Source: Octopus sinensis (taxonomy: Eukaryota). Taken from it: DNA of 64,000 nucleotides. Every line of letters starts with the position of its first letter. Position 1 is the stretch's first letter. Below, piece after piece: positions 1-13,000 of the stretch. The notes beneath the pieces were generated by a model. It ran no database searches, was not told the DNA's origin, and was given only the letters and a program-made list of their open reading frames with translations. The DNA is taken from positions 186,001 to 250,000 of the forward strand of contig NW_021831849.1 of NCBI RefSeq assembly GCF_006345805.1, in the 5' to 3' direction. A program made the position numbers and the translations under genes.

Positions 1-32
1 AACAAAATAAAGATTAGTCAAATTAAAAAAAA

Positions 33-1028
33 TCACCCCAAAATAAGCCCAAGTCCAAAATGATATTTTCCGGCCAAATGTGAAATCAAAGCAGAGAAAA
101 CAAGCGTGAAGGGCATGGGGGTCAGTCTCTTCTCCATAGTGGCTCCCACAGTATATTCCGTGTCGACAAGCCCTGGTCTAATCAGTACAAAAAACCTCTA
201 AAAACACAATCCGATTTTGGATCATCAAGTTGATACACAAAACACGTGCGCGAATCCTTTGATCTTACCGACGACTCATGAGTAAGACTAACAGCCAATT
301 TGTCAGTAAGCTGATTAAAATAGGACAACTGGAATGACCCAATGACAGGACTGAGGATACTGGCACAGTACCACGACGGTCCTTACATAAGAAAAAACAC
401 AAACCAGTATATCTAAGGGCAAATGATGGCATTAGAGAAGGAGCAGTACTGGAGAAAGGATATCGATAGAGCACTTCTACCCCTCCTGCAAGCCCTGCGT
501 ATAGTCTGACCATACATTGCCCAATAAGAGTGCCTCATTGTTAAAAAAGGGGACCAAACCTCTCCCATTGACCACATCCACGTCCCCAGCTGCAAGTGTG
601 AGGGAGTATAAGGGAGACCGATATTCCGCAGAGTATTGACATGTCAACCAACGGTGTTTTTCCACCAAAGCCATGAGACGGAGTCTGATAGAAGGGGTCA
701 ACTGGTGGATTATATTTGCTGTGAGGTCGCCAGAAGGAGACATCTCTCCAACTAATACGGGATATGCCTCGTTAGGTGATATCTGCTGAGTCCCCACATA
801 TGTTGACCCAAATTTATAGCCAGAGGATTTGCCACTGCTGAGGATAAATGAGTGGCTCAGTTGGAAATGACTGCTAAGTCCCTTGTTGGCAATTAATTTA
901 AATCCTTCAAATATATTTGGAGTGATTTCTGAATTAATAGGAAAATTTCAACCTTTATTCCTTCGGTTTATTTCCTCAAATGTACATGGACCGGCACTGA
1001 GATCAAAGTCTGAGTTACCACCTGACAT
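33..1028 (-). CDS. TOMM40: Mitochondrial outer membrane translocase channel Tom40 (4 introns of 23-26 nt)
   Basis: Spliced translation MSGGNSDFDLSAGPCTFEEINRRNK/EITPNIFEGFKLIANKGLSSHFQLSHS...GSTYVGTQQISPNEAYPVLVGEMSPSGDLTANIIHQL...GLVDTEYTVGATMEKRLTPMPFTL...FGLGLILG* matches Tom40 along its length. All introns are GT-AG. Confidence 0.93.
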
Positions 1029-1148
1029 ACACGTGATATTTAATACATTTATTATATATTAATTACATATAAATTATTAATTTTAAAAATAATTAGATAA
1101 TAAAAGACAAAAGTCGCTTTAAGAATGAATGTGAGTTTAGTGACTGTT

Positions 1149-1625
1149 TTACAAGTCCAACGACTCTGCCAGTCTCTGAATGTCATCGACACTCATAGAC
1201 TCAATTCTTCGGTCAATTTCCTTAAATAGCCAAACAGAGGCACCTTCTGAATGGCCGTGAACAGAGATAAATGTTTTTCTCGAGGGAATAAAAGAGGAAG
1301 AACTCGATTCAAATTCATTTCAAACCGATGGCGGGAATCTGGTGGAGTTTTTTCAAATAAAGTCACAATCCCGCCTTCTGTGATCCCCAGGGAATCAACT
1401 GTGGATGTTTCTTGTTGTTATATGACCAGAGAGTGGGAAAACCATGCATTATTGAGCCACGAAAGAGGAGTTTCTGATTTATAGGCGGAATATTGAGATT
1501 TTCTTCAATCCACTGCATTATTTCTCTCACAGAAGTGGACCCTTCTACCTAAGAAGTAGTCCTTGAAGGGTACTCACGTCAGCATCGACTGTGACACCTT
1601 TTACGTGGCGTATTTTGATTTTCAT
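1149..1625 (-). CDS. UBL4A: Ubiquitin-like protein UBL4A/Get5 (GET/BAG6 pathway), 3 tiny introns
   Basis: N-terminal ubiquitin fold (MKIKIRHVKG...SVREIMQWIEENLNIPPINQKLLFRGSIMH). C-terminal IESMSVDDIQRLAESLDL* resembles the UBL4A TUGS motif (LTLDDIERLA). Confidence 0.75.
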
Positions 1626-1771
1626 TGAATAGATAGGCTACAACTAATGGTAACCACATGAACCAACAAGACTTGACGTTTAAAATAAAATTTATTTAAT
1701 TATTTATCAGCAAAATATAATTAATTATTATTTTTAAAATATTAATTTTATTTATTAGAAATTAAAATTGT

Positions 1772-2121
1772 TTAATATTTTTTCCATGTGATTAGGCCAT
1801 ATCGAGGTTCTTTGATTCCGAATTGAGACGATGAAAACCGACCATAATCAATGCTTTCATAAATCCTCTGATTTTTGCTCGAATATGGATTACTACTAAA
1901 TAATTCAATTAGTATATACTATTTAGATTTCGTAAATATTTCATAATTTTTTTTGTTTTCAAAATTCATTCTATTCAGATGATTTCTACGTAGATACCAA
2001 TTTGAATCATTTGTATAAACTTCCCAAGGATATCTCCTCGGCTGTTTTTATTATTGTGATTCAGTACCGCTTTATATTGATAAGATATCAATTGCTCTTT
2101 AGAATATTTTGTCAAGTCCAT
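1772..2121 (-). CDS. Hypothetical ~100-aa basic protein, 2 tiny introns
   Basis: Removing two GT-AG introns (26 and 24 nt) gives a continuous ORF, MDLTKYSKEQLISYQYKAPRRYPWEVYTNDSNWYLRRNHL...GIKEPRYGLITWKKY*. No family recognised. Confidence 0.5.
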
Positions 2122-2282
2122 TTTGAATGTTTAAATAATTTCTATGGCTACTAAATCATCAAATAAAAATATATTTACTTTGATATTTTTAACTAATTTA
2201 TCCACTTTTATAAATAATTTTAAAATTATTTATTCTCATCACATTCAATAAAATATATAATTTCAAAATATTCCAAAGTTTG

Positions 2283-3563
2283 ATGAATAAAAACGAATTT
2301 CATTTCAATCATTTGATTCGCAAATTAAAAGACAGGGCAAAGAATTCATTTGCAATAAAAACACACATCAAGTATATTTATAGATATCATTATCTATTCA
2401 TAGAGATGCCCTGACTAGAATGATAGTACTGGAAAGTAATTATATTCAGGTAGCATAAATAAACAATTTACATTTTTTCAGGAAATGAGAGAAACGCTGA
2501 ATGATTTAAATTCGAAAATAAAAGAACCACAAAACCAGTTTCAATAATTTAAACTATTTTTAGATATTTTTCATTTTATATTGATTTACTTATGAAATCG
2601 ATAGAGGAAGAGTTGGTTTTTAAAGAACAGACAATTCAAATATTCGAAGAAAAACGTCAAAATATTAAAATGTTCCAGAAAAGTGACCAGAAAACTCAAA
2701 ATGGAGTATACAATAATTATATAATAGATTATTTCCTATTTGAGTGAACGACACAAAAAAATTATCAAAACACAAAAAGAAATTGCAGAATTTCCGACCC
2801 AGAATTCAAAATATGCTTCAATATTCAATAAAAATTCAGTAATTTATAAAATTAAAAATTATTTACAGAATTTTGTCACAACAGAAGCAATAAAAGAGAA
2901 CGAATTTTTATTTAAATGCAAAGAATTAAAGTTCGAAATTGATTCGTACAACTTAGAACTATCAAATATGCTAAATGTACTCAAAATATTTATAAATTAG
3001 AATTTTTTGAGACAAGATGAACATATTATAAACCTAGTTTATGAAATTATGGAAAATCAAGTTTGTCTGAGATCAGATATTATGAAAACAAATTCAACAT
3101 ATTTCCAACAAATGTCCACTGTATTGTGCATGTTAATAATAAGTTAATAAACGAACAAATATTAATGGATGGTTATGAAAATCTGATTTACTATGCAAAA
3201 AATGATTATAATTGTATTGCAAATAAAGTAAATTCTCATTCTTTATATTTAAGAAGTTGATATTTAATCCCACTACGATCGACAAGATTAATATGATGAC
3301 TCAAAAATGGATTTCTATCTACAATCAGTCGGCCGATAATTTGCGAAAAAAATCTTCTAATGTAATTTTTTTAGACATTTTTAGGACACATTTTCACCGG
3401 ATTTACACTTGAATAAAGTAAGGTGTTTACTAATATGTAGAATACGATAAACGTCTCAACAAAATTATTGAAATCCATGTCTTTTGATATCCGACATGAT
3501 AATTTAATTCGAGAAATTTTTGAGGATGATTATAAAGAAGAAATAAACTTAATTTATTTTTAA
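2283..3563 (+). CDS. Hypothetical helical/coiled-coil protein (~330 aa, about 9 tiny introns)
   Basis: Successive 22-32 nt GT-AG introns join the short ORFs at 2740-3000 and 3063-3260 into one frame from ATG 2283 to TAA 3561-3563. No family recognised. Confidence 0.5.
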
Positions 3564-3610
3564 ATTAATTTTAAATAAATTATTTAAAAAACTCTTCTTG
3601 TGGGTCAATA

Positions 3611-4813
3611 ATGATAATAGCACTGCATCTAGGTTTCCTATAACCTGACATTGCTAGGAGCTGGTTATTTCAACATCAATAAGATCCCCACCTACCAAAA
3701 AGTGGCCACAGAAGCCTGTCTTGCAGTAAACGTAATCTCTCAGTCAAGGCCATGCAAGATCTGACAAGTGGCTGTACTGCACTGAGTGCTGTAGAAAAGG
3801 CCATTTCTACATTAGAGAACTCCCCTGCCACCAATGCGGGCTATGGCTCGTCCTTGAACAGTGCAGGTGACGTAGAATGTGATGCTTCGATCATGTATTC
3901 CAAAAATCATCACTTTGGCTCTGTTTCCTGTGCTCAAAGTTAGTCTAATATTAACTGGAGACTGTTATAATCCCATTAGACTGGCAACTTCAATTATTAA
4001 GTTCCAGAAATCGAATATTTCATTAGATATTGTTGCCCCAATGTAGGTTTTTTGGTTCATATCAAGCTCCATTGCGGGTAGGGGGACATTTGATTGGGCA
4101 AAAACACAAAACATACCCACAGTACCAAATGCCTCACTAAAGACTGGTTATTTTATTTAAAAATATATTAGAAAAAAGTATATTCAGATTTAATAGAAAT
4201 AAAACTAATAAATACGTTATAATATTATATATATTTAAGACAAAGAATTGTGATCGACCAGAGGACACAGTTGGGGCAGTATGTCTTGACACCTACGGGG
4301 ACGTAGCAGCCGGATGTAGTACTGGTGGCCCAGAGTACAGAGTCCCTGGCCGAGTGAGCCATGCAAGTGTCTTTGGTGCGGGTTCCTGGGCGGAGGAAGG
4401 TCCTCAGGCCACAGTAGCCGTGTCCACTTCCGGGATGGGAGAGCAGTTGCTCACTTGCTCTTTAGCCCGGAAGAATGCTGAGTTCTGTTTTCGGCGAGGA
4501 TTCCGTGATTTTAATGCTGAAGCGGAATCGGAGTTTATTTGCTCGGAATTTATTGGGTCAAAATTTTCAAATTCGTGTCCTTATAAACTTGGCGGGAGTT
4601 TGGTTTTGATGAAAGATAGTGAAGAAAATGACGCGAAAATAGTTTGGGGACATTGTACAAAATCTATGCTGATTGCGTACATTTCGAGTTCTATGGTTGA
4701 ACCGACGGTGGTTTTTTGGTCACATTTATAAGGTTACTCTCTCTGATCTGCCTGATATGGAAATGGAAGGAAAGGGGGTCATTTCGAATGGAATATACGC
4801 GTCTTTGTGTTAA
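3611..4813 (+). CDS. TASP1: Taspase 1 (threonine aspartase, Ntn-hydrolase)
   Basis: MIIALHLGAGY; ENSPATNAGYGSSLNSAGDVECDASIM; autocleavage/nucleophile site ED|TVGAV; PGRVSHASVFGAGSWAE; AVSTSGMGEQL. About 7 introns of 22-25 nt. Confidence 0.92.
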
Positions 4814-4884
4814 ATATATTTTTTGTCATATGAAATGTTTATTAAAATAGAGCATACATAGATTAATTAAGTTAATATTTACGA

Positions 4885-5330
4885 CTCTTTTTCCCTCATT
4901 GTTCATATTATCTTCATATGAATGATTTGTTTTAAGAGGCTACTGGGTGAATTTATGTACTCAACAATCTACTCTCCAGTGTTTTCTTCAACACAACTGA
5001 CTGTATATAAGACAGAGTTCCGTCTTTAATAGCCAACTTTTAAATGTAGTTCTTAAAAAATATGGAAACGAGTCCGTCCCAAGTCAAAACCAGTGGAATT
5101 ATTTTCACTTGAGCGTCGTAGAGAATGGACAACTCCCCTGCCAATAGATCGTATTTATGGCATTTCTCGACCTGCTTCAGGCGGTCCTGGGAAGTTATTC
5201 CCACTTCAATGAGAGTAATTTAATTCTTAATTTTGTTGTACAAAAATATGTCAGGCTTGTTGCAGTGAATATTCGTGTCTAATTATTTGAGAATTGGCTT
5301 GTTTGACTATGCTTTTTCTGAGAAATTTAA
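4885..5330 (-). mobile_element. Degenerate 3' fragment of an RLE-type (R2 superfamily, R4/Dong-like) non-LTR retrotransposon, copy 1
   Basis: Minus-strand translation NKPDIFLYNKIKN*ITLIEVGITSQDRLKQVEKCHKYDLLAGELSILY...IIPLVLTWDG...YIQSVVLKKTLES. Same family as 8622-9494. Contains stops. Confidence 0.8.
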
Positions 5331-5674
5331 GGGGTTTCTTCGTTTGATGCTCCGAAAGTTTCACAATTTATTTATTTAAAAAATTATTCTAACTAAACAA
5401 ACAAAGTATCTTTGTCTTAATTCTATAACAAAAAATGTTTTATAAACACGTGTTTTGTCACAGTAGTCAAGTAAAATTCATTTTTAGGAAATTGTCAACA
5501 TTTCTGGTTTTGCACAAAACCGGGATAAAAACTGTTAAAAGCCAGATAAATCACAATCAATTATCACAACTGTTCTACTTAAAATAGTTCAAAGCTTTCA
5601 AGTGCATGGAATTCTAATATAACTACATCTGTTCTCTCCACTACCATATAAGCAACATATTTAGCAATAATTTA

Positions 5675-6652
5675 ATGTTTTCTGTCATAGCAGCAATAGT
5701 GGCTATAACCGGTGACCAGTATTCCTTTATTGTAGGCCAAAGCGACGTCGTAAATTGGCAATGTCAAAACGACAAGTGTTACTACTACTCAGGAACTCAA
5801 ATGACTTACAAAAACGCACAAAACTTCTGCAGTGCTTTCGGAATGCAAGTCGTCATAATTTCTAGCGAAGAAGAAAACAGTTTTATTCACGGTTTTTTAA
5901 AGTCGCAAATATTAGTAGATAAATATGTGGAAAATAGTAATATAAATGCATGGATAAATTCACAAAATCAGGTTTATTCAAATATTTATACCACAAGACT
6001 TCATATTCCAATTGGCAGTCGAACACCACAGCCGACGGACAGTGCATAGTCATGAACGAATGTGCCAAATGGCTGAAAATTGACTGTAGAAAAACGCGTG
6101 GAGTAGTATGTGAAATTCCAAGTATATAAATATATTTTTGTTTAGGAAATAATATTGCGTGTAATTGTGATAGTAATCAATCAAATTTTTGTTATCTTTA
6201 CTTTGCCACCAAAATCACTCAGAAAGAAGCAATAGAGCAATGCAAAAAAATATCTTCGAGTTTATTGATAGTAAGCGACCAAAAAGAAAACAACTTTGTT
6301 TATAGTAATATACACAAATATTATTTTTAGACAGGTTTTTGGTGGAAACGAGCGATAATGTCATGCTGGGGATCAGTAAAAGAGGGAATTCCTATGTCTC
6401 TTACTTGAATAATAGGAATGTGGTTGTGTAATACTAATTATGGAAGGGATATCTTAATTGGGCACGACATGAACCAAAAAATTTAAATTGTGTTGAAATT
6501 AAGAAATGTGGGTATTGGAGGGCAGTTTTATGCGAAGAAAAAAGAAATTATATTTGCAAAATTCCGGGTTTTTTTCTAAATAATTTACATTTCAGGGACG
6601 GGGACATTATGCGACTAATAAATTTCCAACTAGAAATACTAATAATTATTAA
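5675..6652 (+). CDS. Secreted C-type lectin with two CTL domains
   Basis: Hydrophobic N-terminus. Domain 1: CYYYSGTQMTYKNAQNFC...SEEENSFI...YSNW...CIVM...WLKIDCRKTRGVVCE. Domain 2: CYLYF...EAIEQC...YLNWARHEP...WRAVLCEEKRNYICK. Introns of 24-29 nt. Confidence 0.85.
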
Positions 6653-6696
6653 TAATAATAAAATTTAACACTATTTTTGAAAAAGATAATTCGTTA

Positions 6697-8163
6697 ATGC
6701 TATCACGTGCTGTGAGGTCGGAGAAACCAAAATCTAATAAAACAGTGATTCATATTGTCGGATTTAAACCAAAAACAAAACCCGAAGAAATTATTGATGG
6801 ATTAAGATCATTCGGAGATATCCAAGCCTGTAAAATACATAGAGTACGTGCTTTAATGTCCTAACGCAGGGGACGGAAGCTTTCCTAACCTTCAAAAACA
6901 AAAACAGCGTTGAGAAAATTTTTCAATTCCCTCACGACATTTACTTGAACGGTCGGCTCCTTAAAATTACACGAGCCAAATTCCGTTGTAATGACTCGGA
7001 TTTGAATACTGCCATTTCACTTCCCAAATCACTAAAAACTGTTCAAAACTGTTTAATTAAAACAGGCCGAATCCGAAATGGAGTATATAATAAATCAAAT
7101 TGTGATGAGCACTACAGAGCATGATCAGTGTGTCCACATTATCGAGGTTTTGAGAGAAATTCTCGACCATTCCCGACAGTTGTACGTCTTTGGTTCATTC
7201 GTGACTGGTTTATGCGGTAAGAATTGTGATTTAGACATGACATTGGTTACTTGAATCTAATCAATGTAGATATCCGACGAGGCTGATGTATTTGATGTGT
7301 ACCATAAGGTCATTCTAAAATCAAATCTCGTCAAAAAAGTATTTTTTAAACATAAATCAGACTGTTGCTATCAAGAGGTCTCGTTATCCCATAATCAGTC
7401 TTTGTTTAAAGTCATTTCCGTCGCATAAAATAGACTTGTCTTTTAATAACAGGTAGGGAATGGGTTTTATATAGAGAATGGGCTTATTTAACTCACAACT
7501 GCTCGCTCTGTACGTCAACTACATTCCGAGTTTTAGAGATGCCTCTCTTCTCATTCGACGGTGGTTTAAAAGACCATCCTTGTCCGAGATTCCTATCAAT
7601 TCTTACACAATCAATTTAATGATGCTTATTTCATTATTTCGTGATGATTCCATTCAGTTTGTCCCCTCTCCCGCGGAATTGGAGAATATGACTGGTGGGG
7701 TGTCCCTTTATTGTAGATGAGAGGATTGTTATTGATGATTGGGTGTGTGGACTTCCTTCTCTCGATAAGGTTAGACAGTTGAGAGGAGTTCCTACTCTTT
7801 CTCGAGGTTTTTTGTGTTTTTATATTTAGAATGTGCCTTTTTTACATTTTTCCAGTTTTGGTCAAGACAGGACATGAATAACGTGTTTGTGTCCTTTGAT
7901 GGGTCTATTATTCCGAGACATAAATTTTTGCAAAATTTGACGGACAGATTGGGAGCAGAGTCTGCCGAATCATTTTCCGTTTCCTTGCATAATAACGCAC
8001 ATAGTTATCCCCAATGTGTATTCAGGACCCTTATATACAAACATTTAATGTTTCGCACATGATCAGTGAGGATTACAGGGATAGAATAGTCTATGAGATT
8101 GTGGAGGCTCAGTCTTTGTTGGAAGATTGTCATTTTACATCAATTGCTCAGATTTTTATATGA
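6697..8163 (+). CDS. Non-canonical poly(A)/terminal uridylyl transferase with N-terminal RRM (TUT1/Star-PAP or MTPAP family)
   Basis: RRM (VIHIVGF...LRSFGDIQAC...EAFLTF...IYLNGRLLKITR); catalytic FGSFVTGLCGKNCDLDMTL; DLSFNNRMGLFNSQLL; INSYTINLM; PAP-associated CIQDPYIQTFNVSH. Confidence 0.8.
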
Positions 8164-8621
8164 TTTGTCCACTGGTCTATCAAAATTAATCATTAGAACC
8201 TTCTAGAAGAGTTTTAGTGTTTATATTGGCTGTTTGGAATTTAAGAGAAATACACGTATCTGTTTAAAATTGTCCAAAAATGTGGTTTATTTGTGACAGA
8301 ATGTGTGAACTAAAAATATTTTGTGGATGAATAGAGTAAAGCCAGTACCACTAAACCAAGGTGAGGTAATTTGGGTCGAATTGTGAATTTTCAATTATTA
8401 TTTGATCGGAACCTTAATTTCTGAAACTTACCAAGTTGAAAGAAATGGGTTGGACTGATTCTTCCCAGACCTATTATTGCTTATTTTCAATTTTAATTTT
8501 CTGCTGTGGTATAATTGGGCAAATAGAATCTAAAAACTACGAATTATTTAGAAAATTGTGACTCACCAATATCAATACAGCTTAGCAGATTTAACGGGAC
8601 ATAGAATATTGTACTACTTTA

Positions 8622-9494
8622 TCTGAAGCCATGTTCTTCCTTCTGCAGGACAGGAATATTTTCTTCCGCGAGCTTGGTTCGAAATGCCCACATTGCAAAT
8701 CTTCTAATAAGACAGTCGACCATTTGGCAACTCGATGCAATAGAATGCTTAATTCCGATTATACAAGGCGACATAACGAAATTGTTAAATTCATACACAT
8801 GCACCTATGCAGAAAATTTGGATTCAAAAAATCAAAAAGGTTAAAGACTCACTCTATCCAAAGCGTAATTACCAATGATCGTGCTGAATTACGAGTTGAC
8901 ACTACTATCCCTACCGAATCAAAAATTCAATATAACAAGCCGGACATTTTCCTATACGACAAAAAATTAAACCACATATGGCTAATAGAGATTGGAGTCA
9001 CGTGTGTGGATAATTTAAAAGCAGTTGAAGTTGAAAAACTTCATAAATATGATATCCTGGCAAGTGAATTAGAAATCATTTACAAAGCCAAAGTCAAAAT
9101 ACTTCCGATTGTCATTACCTGGGATGCGATCGCCTCCAAGTATTTTAAAATATACATGGATTTGATTGGCATTAAAGGCAGTGTTCTGGCATACATCCAA
9201 ACGACTGCATTAAAGAAGACGTTGGAAGGAATGTTCGTAGAATATAAACATGGTTTCGAAGACGTAATGACTAAAGCATTGATTCTCAACAAAGATTATG
9301 CAGTGTGGAACACTCACCAAAGGGGAGCTAACTCGATGAAGAGGAGACATGATGAGGTGACAGAAAACGAATACTCTGAGGAAGGACAAAATAATAGCAA
9401 GAGGATCACGAAAGATGATGGTGCTGTTCAGGAAGGCCCAAGACCAGTAAATTGAAAAATTTAATTAATCTAACTTTTAATTCACGCCTTATTT
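8622..9494 (+). mobile_element. 5'-truncated RLE-type non-LTR retrotransposon, copy 2 (zinc knuckle + PD-(D/E)xK endonuclease, open ORF 8631-9455)
   Basis: CPHC...TVDHLATRC zinc knuckle, YTRRHNE, KPDIF...IEIGV...K.HKY RLE motifs. Possible degraded TSD tattgtactacttta (8607-8621) / tatggtactatttta (9495-9509), 13/15 identical. Confidence 0.85.
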
Positions 9495-10042
9495 TATGGT
9501 ACTATTTTAAATGAAACGTCTTAATCTGACGCTTTGTATTCAATCTATAATTAAAAACACCAATTAGCAATAATACCCAAAGCAAGATTGTCGTTCCATC
9601 CAAGACGTGTGATGGTGAGAATATTGTTCTTTGCATAACAGACGTGGCGGATTTCACTATCCTCGTTTCTCATATTTTGGCAAGAGCTCTATTTCTCCAA
9701 ATAACTTGCATTCAATTTGTCTTTTTCTGATCCGCAGAAAATTCCAAGATAATCAAATAATTCTTTTTTGGAATTGACATGATGCATTTTCGTGAATTTT
9801 TTTTAAAAATTAAAAAAACTAACAGTATAATAATTCTCATAGTAAACTAAAATCTATGTCTAATTCATTAATGTTAATTTTAGTACTCTTAGTTAAAATT
9901 CGTGAAAAATATTTTTCTAGAAGATATGGTAGATTTTAATATTTAGGCAAAGAAATCTAATTCTATGACGATTCTAAAGTTTATTTTGATCATAAATTAA
10001 TTAGAAATCAATATATTATTAGGTTAATTTGAGTTATTAATA

Positions 10043-13000
10043 TTAATCATCTAATTGGCAAATCGCGGCAACACTTCGATTAATCCAATGATTGACTGGT
10101 TTATCATCAGAAATCGGAATTTCGAGAAATCTTACAAAATTTGTCGAATGTCCAGTTGTAGATAAGACACCCCTACGACTAGTTGTTTTGTAAATCGGGC
10201 ACGAATATTGAATTCTACTTTCCACGAAATCACTTTTCACCGGTTTCAGCCAAATCTTAAAACATATTTCTCAAATTAATAATACCACTGGCAACTGTTC
10301 ATATAGTACTCTTGGAAGTGATTCAGCCAAGGTCATAGTAGAAGCATCCCATCTAGCACCTTCTAGAAACAACCCCTTGAATAATCTAGAGAAAATTCTC
10401 AAACATTGATCAAAGCTCCGTCCTCGGGCTTGGACAAACATTCTTGACTTTCTGAGGTGAACTGGAACACGTATTTAATCAAATCGATGGATATTCTGTA
10501 TTTTCGGGCATAATTTTGGCTAACTCCTAAACTTGTGAACATGGTAAAGGCATACCTGTGAGGAAGGACTGTGTAAAGTAAAATCCAGACAACCAAAATA
10601 TTGTTGGCGGTCCATTTTCAATCCAATTTTCAAAAAAGTGCAGTCTGAGTGTTAGATAATGTGTCAAACCGATCAAGAAGGTCGTTTATATAACTTCCCA
10701 AAGGTTTCAGTGAAGGATAAGATTTCGATAGCCAGGCTGAAGGGACTTTTCCAATAAGCAGTGAATCAAATATTCCCTCCAATTCTTGAGACATTACAAC
10801 AAATCCTTTGATTGCCTTGCATAAAATTCCAAGAGATGTGGATATAGTCGATGTGAGAGAGTTGTAGCGAATCAGTTCTTGTCGAAGAACAGTGTTCATT
10901 GACTCGTTGTATAGAACTGGATATGTCAATGAGACTCTTCCAATGTTGAACTCATTTGGCAATTTGCTCAAAATATCTGTCGCCAAGTCCATCACAGCCT
11001 CATTGGCGGATTTGTCCTTATTACTAGATTCCCCGGGCTGTGTCGACAAGAATTTCATCAAAAGCTACATATAAGGGTTTAACGACCTTACAGTCTGACT
11101 TTCGTGATAATCTTTGGTAATGTTAGCATTATTATGTAGACCAAATACATCGGTGCTGTATGTTGTCGGAAGGTTTTTGATATATGAGATATAGTTGTCG
11201 TAGTTCCCATCAGCAAGAGTGTGATAATCCCCGCTTGTTGATAGACTGCAGTAATGTATTATATATAAACCAATATTCCTCTGACTCAATCAGTTTGTAG
11301 TTAAAGAAATTGCCTAGTAAAGAAAGTAGTAGTCTTCTGTCTTTATCATCAGTCACTCTCCCTCCATAGTTACACTCCCCTGTAAGGTACACAAGTGCGT
11401 CCAGAGGGACATTATCGTAGTCGTTGATTAGCATCTAAAATAACACTTCTTAATAACCCGCATTTGTCGTGAGCTTATCACAAGGTCTGAATCGTTAAAT
11501 TCGTAAGGAATGTTCCATCCAAGCGAGCCAAATTGTTTTCTTTCTTGAACAACAGTGTGAAAAAAGCACAACCCGAATAACATCCGATGGAATTTATCAG
11601 GCTAAATTATACTCAAATAGTTGAACTTTGTCACAATCGTTATAAAATCCGGCTTCGTTGAAGGGACTACTTAAATATGATCTGAGGAGATTAGAACGAA
11701 GTCCGCTGGGAGGTTCGTTTGTGATTTTAATTCCATTTTGTAAGATGCTTACGGGAAAGTGCTCTGAAGGATAACTTGTCAGCCACAGTCGGAAATCAGG
11801 GTGAATTTGTCCGGGAATCATGACCTTAAATTATATTAGAGCTGAGAATGGATTACTTCCTGGCATATTCTATCTAAATTTGGCATCCAGCTGGTAGCCA
11901 AGTGACAATTTTGGAGTATAACCCAATCCCCCACTTTAATGGCTTCGTCAATCATTTTGGCTGCAATAACTCCCTAAAAATAAATCATTTAAATATATAA
12001 ACTTGTCCCTGTCCAAGTGAAATGCTATGTATATTTGTCGACTGTTTATATCCAAGTTCCATTCCAAATTTGAGAAGGGAGTGCAGAGGGTCTGCTCCAG
12101 GCGACAATATAAATATGAGCGGAGTTGTGGATGCAGAATCGGCAAAAATTGACTTCAAATCAAACGTTCCGGACTCAATAAATTTATTTCCAAGGTTATT
12201 GATTATAAATTTTTGGATGGCGGGAATCAACTTGTCCCCACGGAGACATCGAAGAATAACAAGAAATTCCAGTTCAGTGCAATCTTTGTATGGCTCTGGC
12301 AGTGGACTGTTTTGAGGATCTTGCAGTTCATAAAATGATTTCCATTTTTCTCCCTCTTGGCGAATAGCTACAAATGTAATTTATTTAATCAATACAGTCA
12401 GGAAACTGACTTAGTTGATCAATATCTCCCGCTCGTACAATTTCTCCCCATGACTTATCTGAAAGCCAACCCTTTTCAGGATTCTCTTGTAAGTTATCAA
12501 GTGCGACTCCTCCAGTCAGGAAAAATCTCCACAAAGTGTCGTCAATTTTATTTCTTGGATAAATTATAATATTATACCGTCCTTTGAGGATTCCAATGCA
12601 GAGCATAAAAGAGAAAAGCAATTTATCTTTCTCAAACAGAGATCGGCACACATTAGCATATATTGACTCTGTGAAATGAGAAGTAATCAGCTCGATTCGT
12701 TTGTCGATGAAATCCGACTTTTTGCTGGTCTCAATAGCCTGGAAATACATTTTTAAAAACAACTTGAATATAAAAATTTATGAACCAATGAAGGGAATAT
12801 TGGTACATAGGATCTATAAAGGCCAAATCAGAAATGCAGAAGAAGAGGACTGTTGAATGCTTAGATACTGGAACATAGAGATTCCTTGTTTTATCAATTT
12901 CATCTTCTGTTTTTGAAGCAATTTCTTGTTTTGCTGCAATTTCTTCAGATAAAATTTTTGAGGACGAGAGTATTTCAATTGCAGTTTCATCCTCGAGAAT

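Noticed and set aside
9540-9790. Minus-strand frame MHHVNSKKELFDYLGIFCG...ANWCF
   Set aside because: Interrupted by TAG with no plausible intron, and no recognisable homology.
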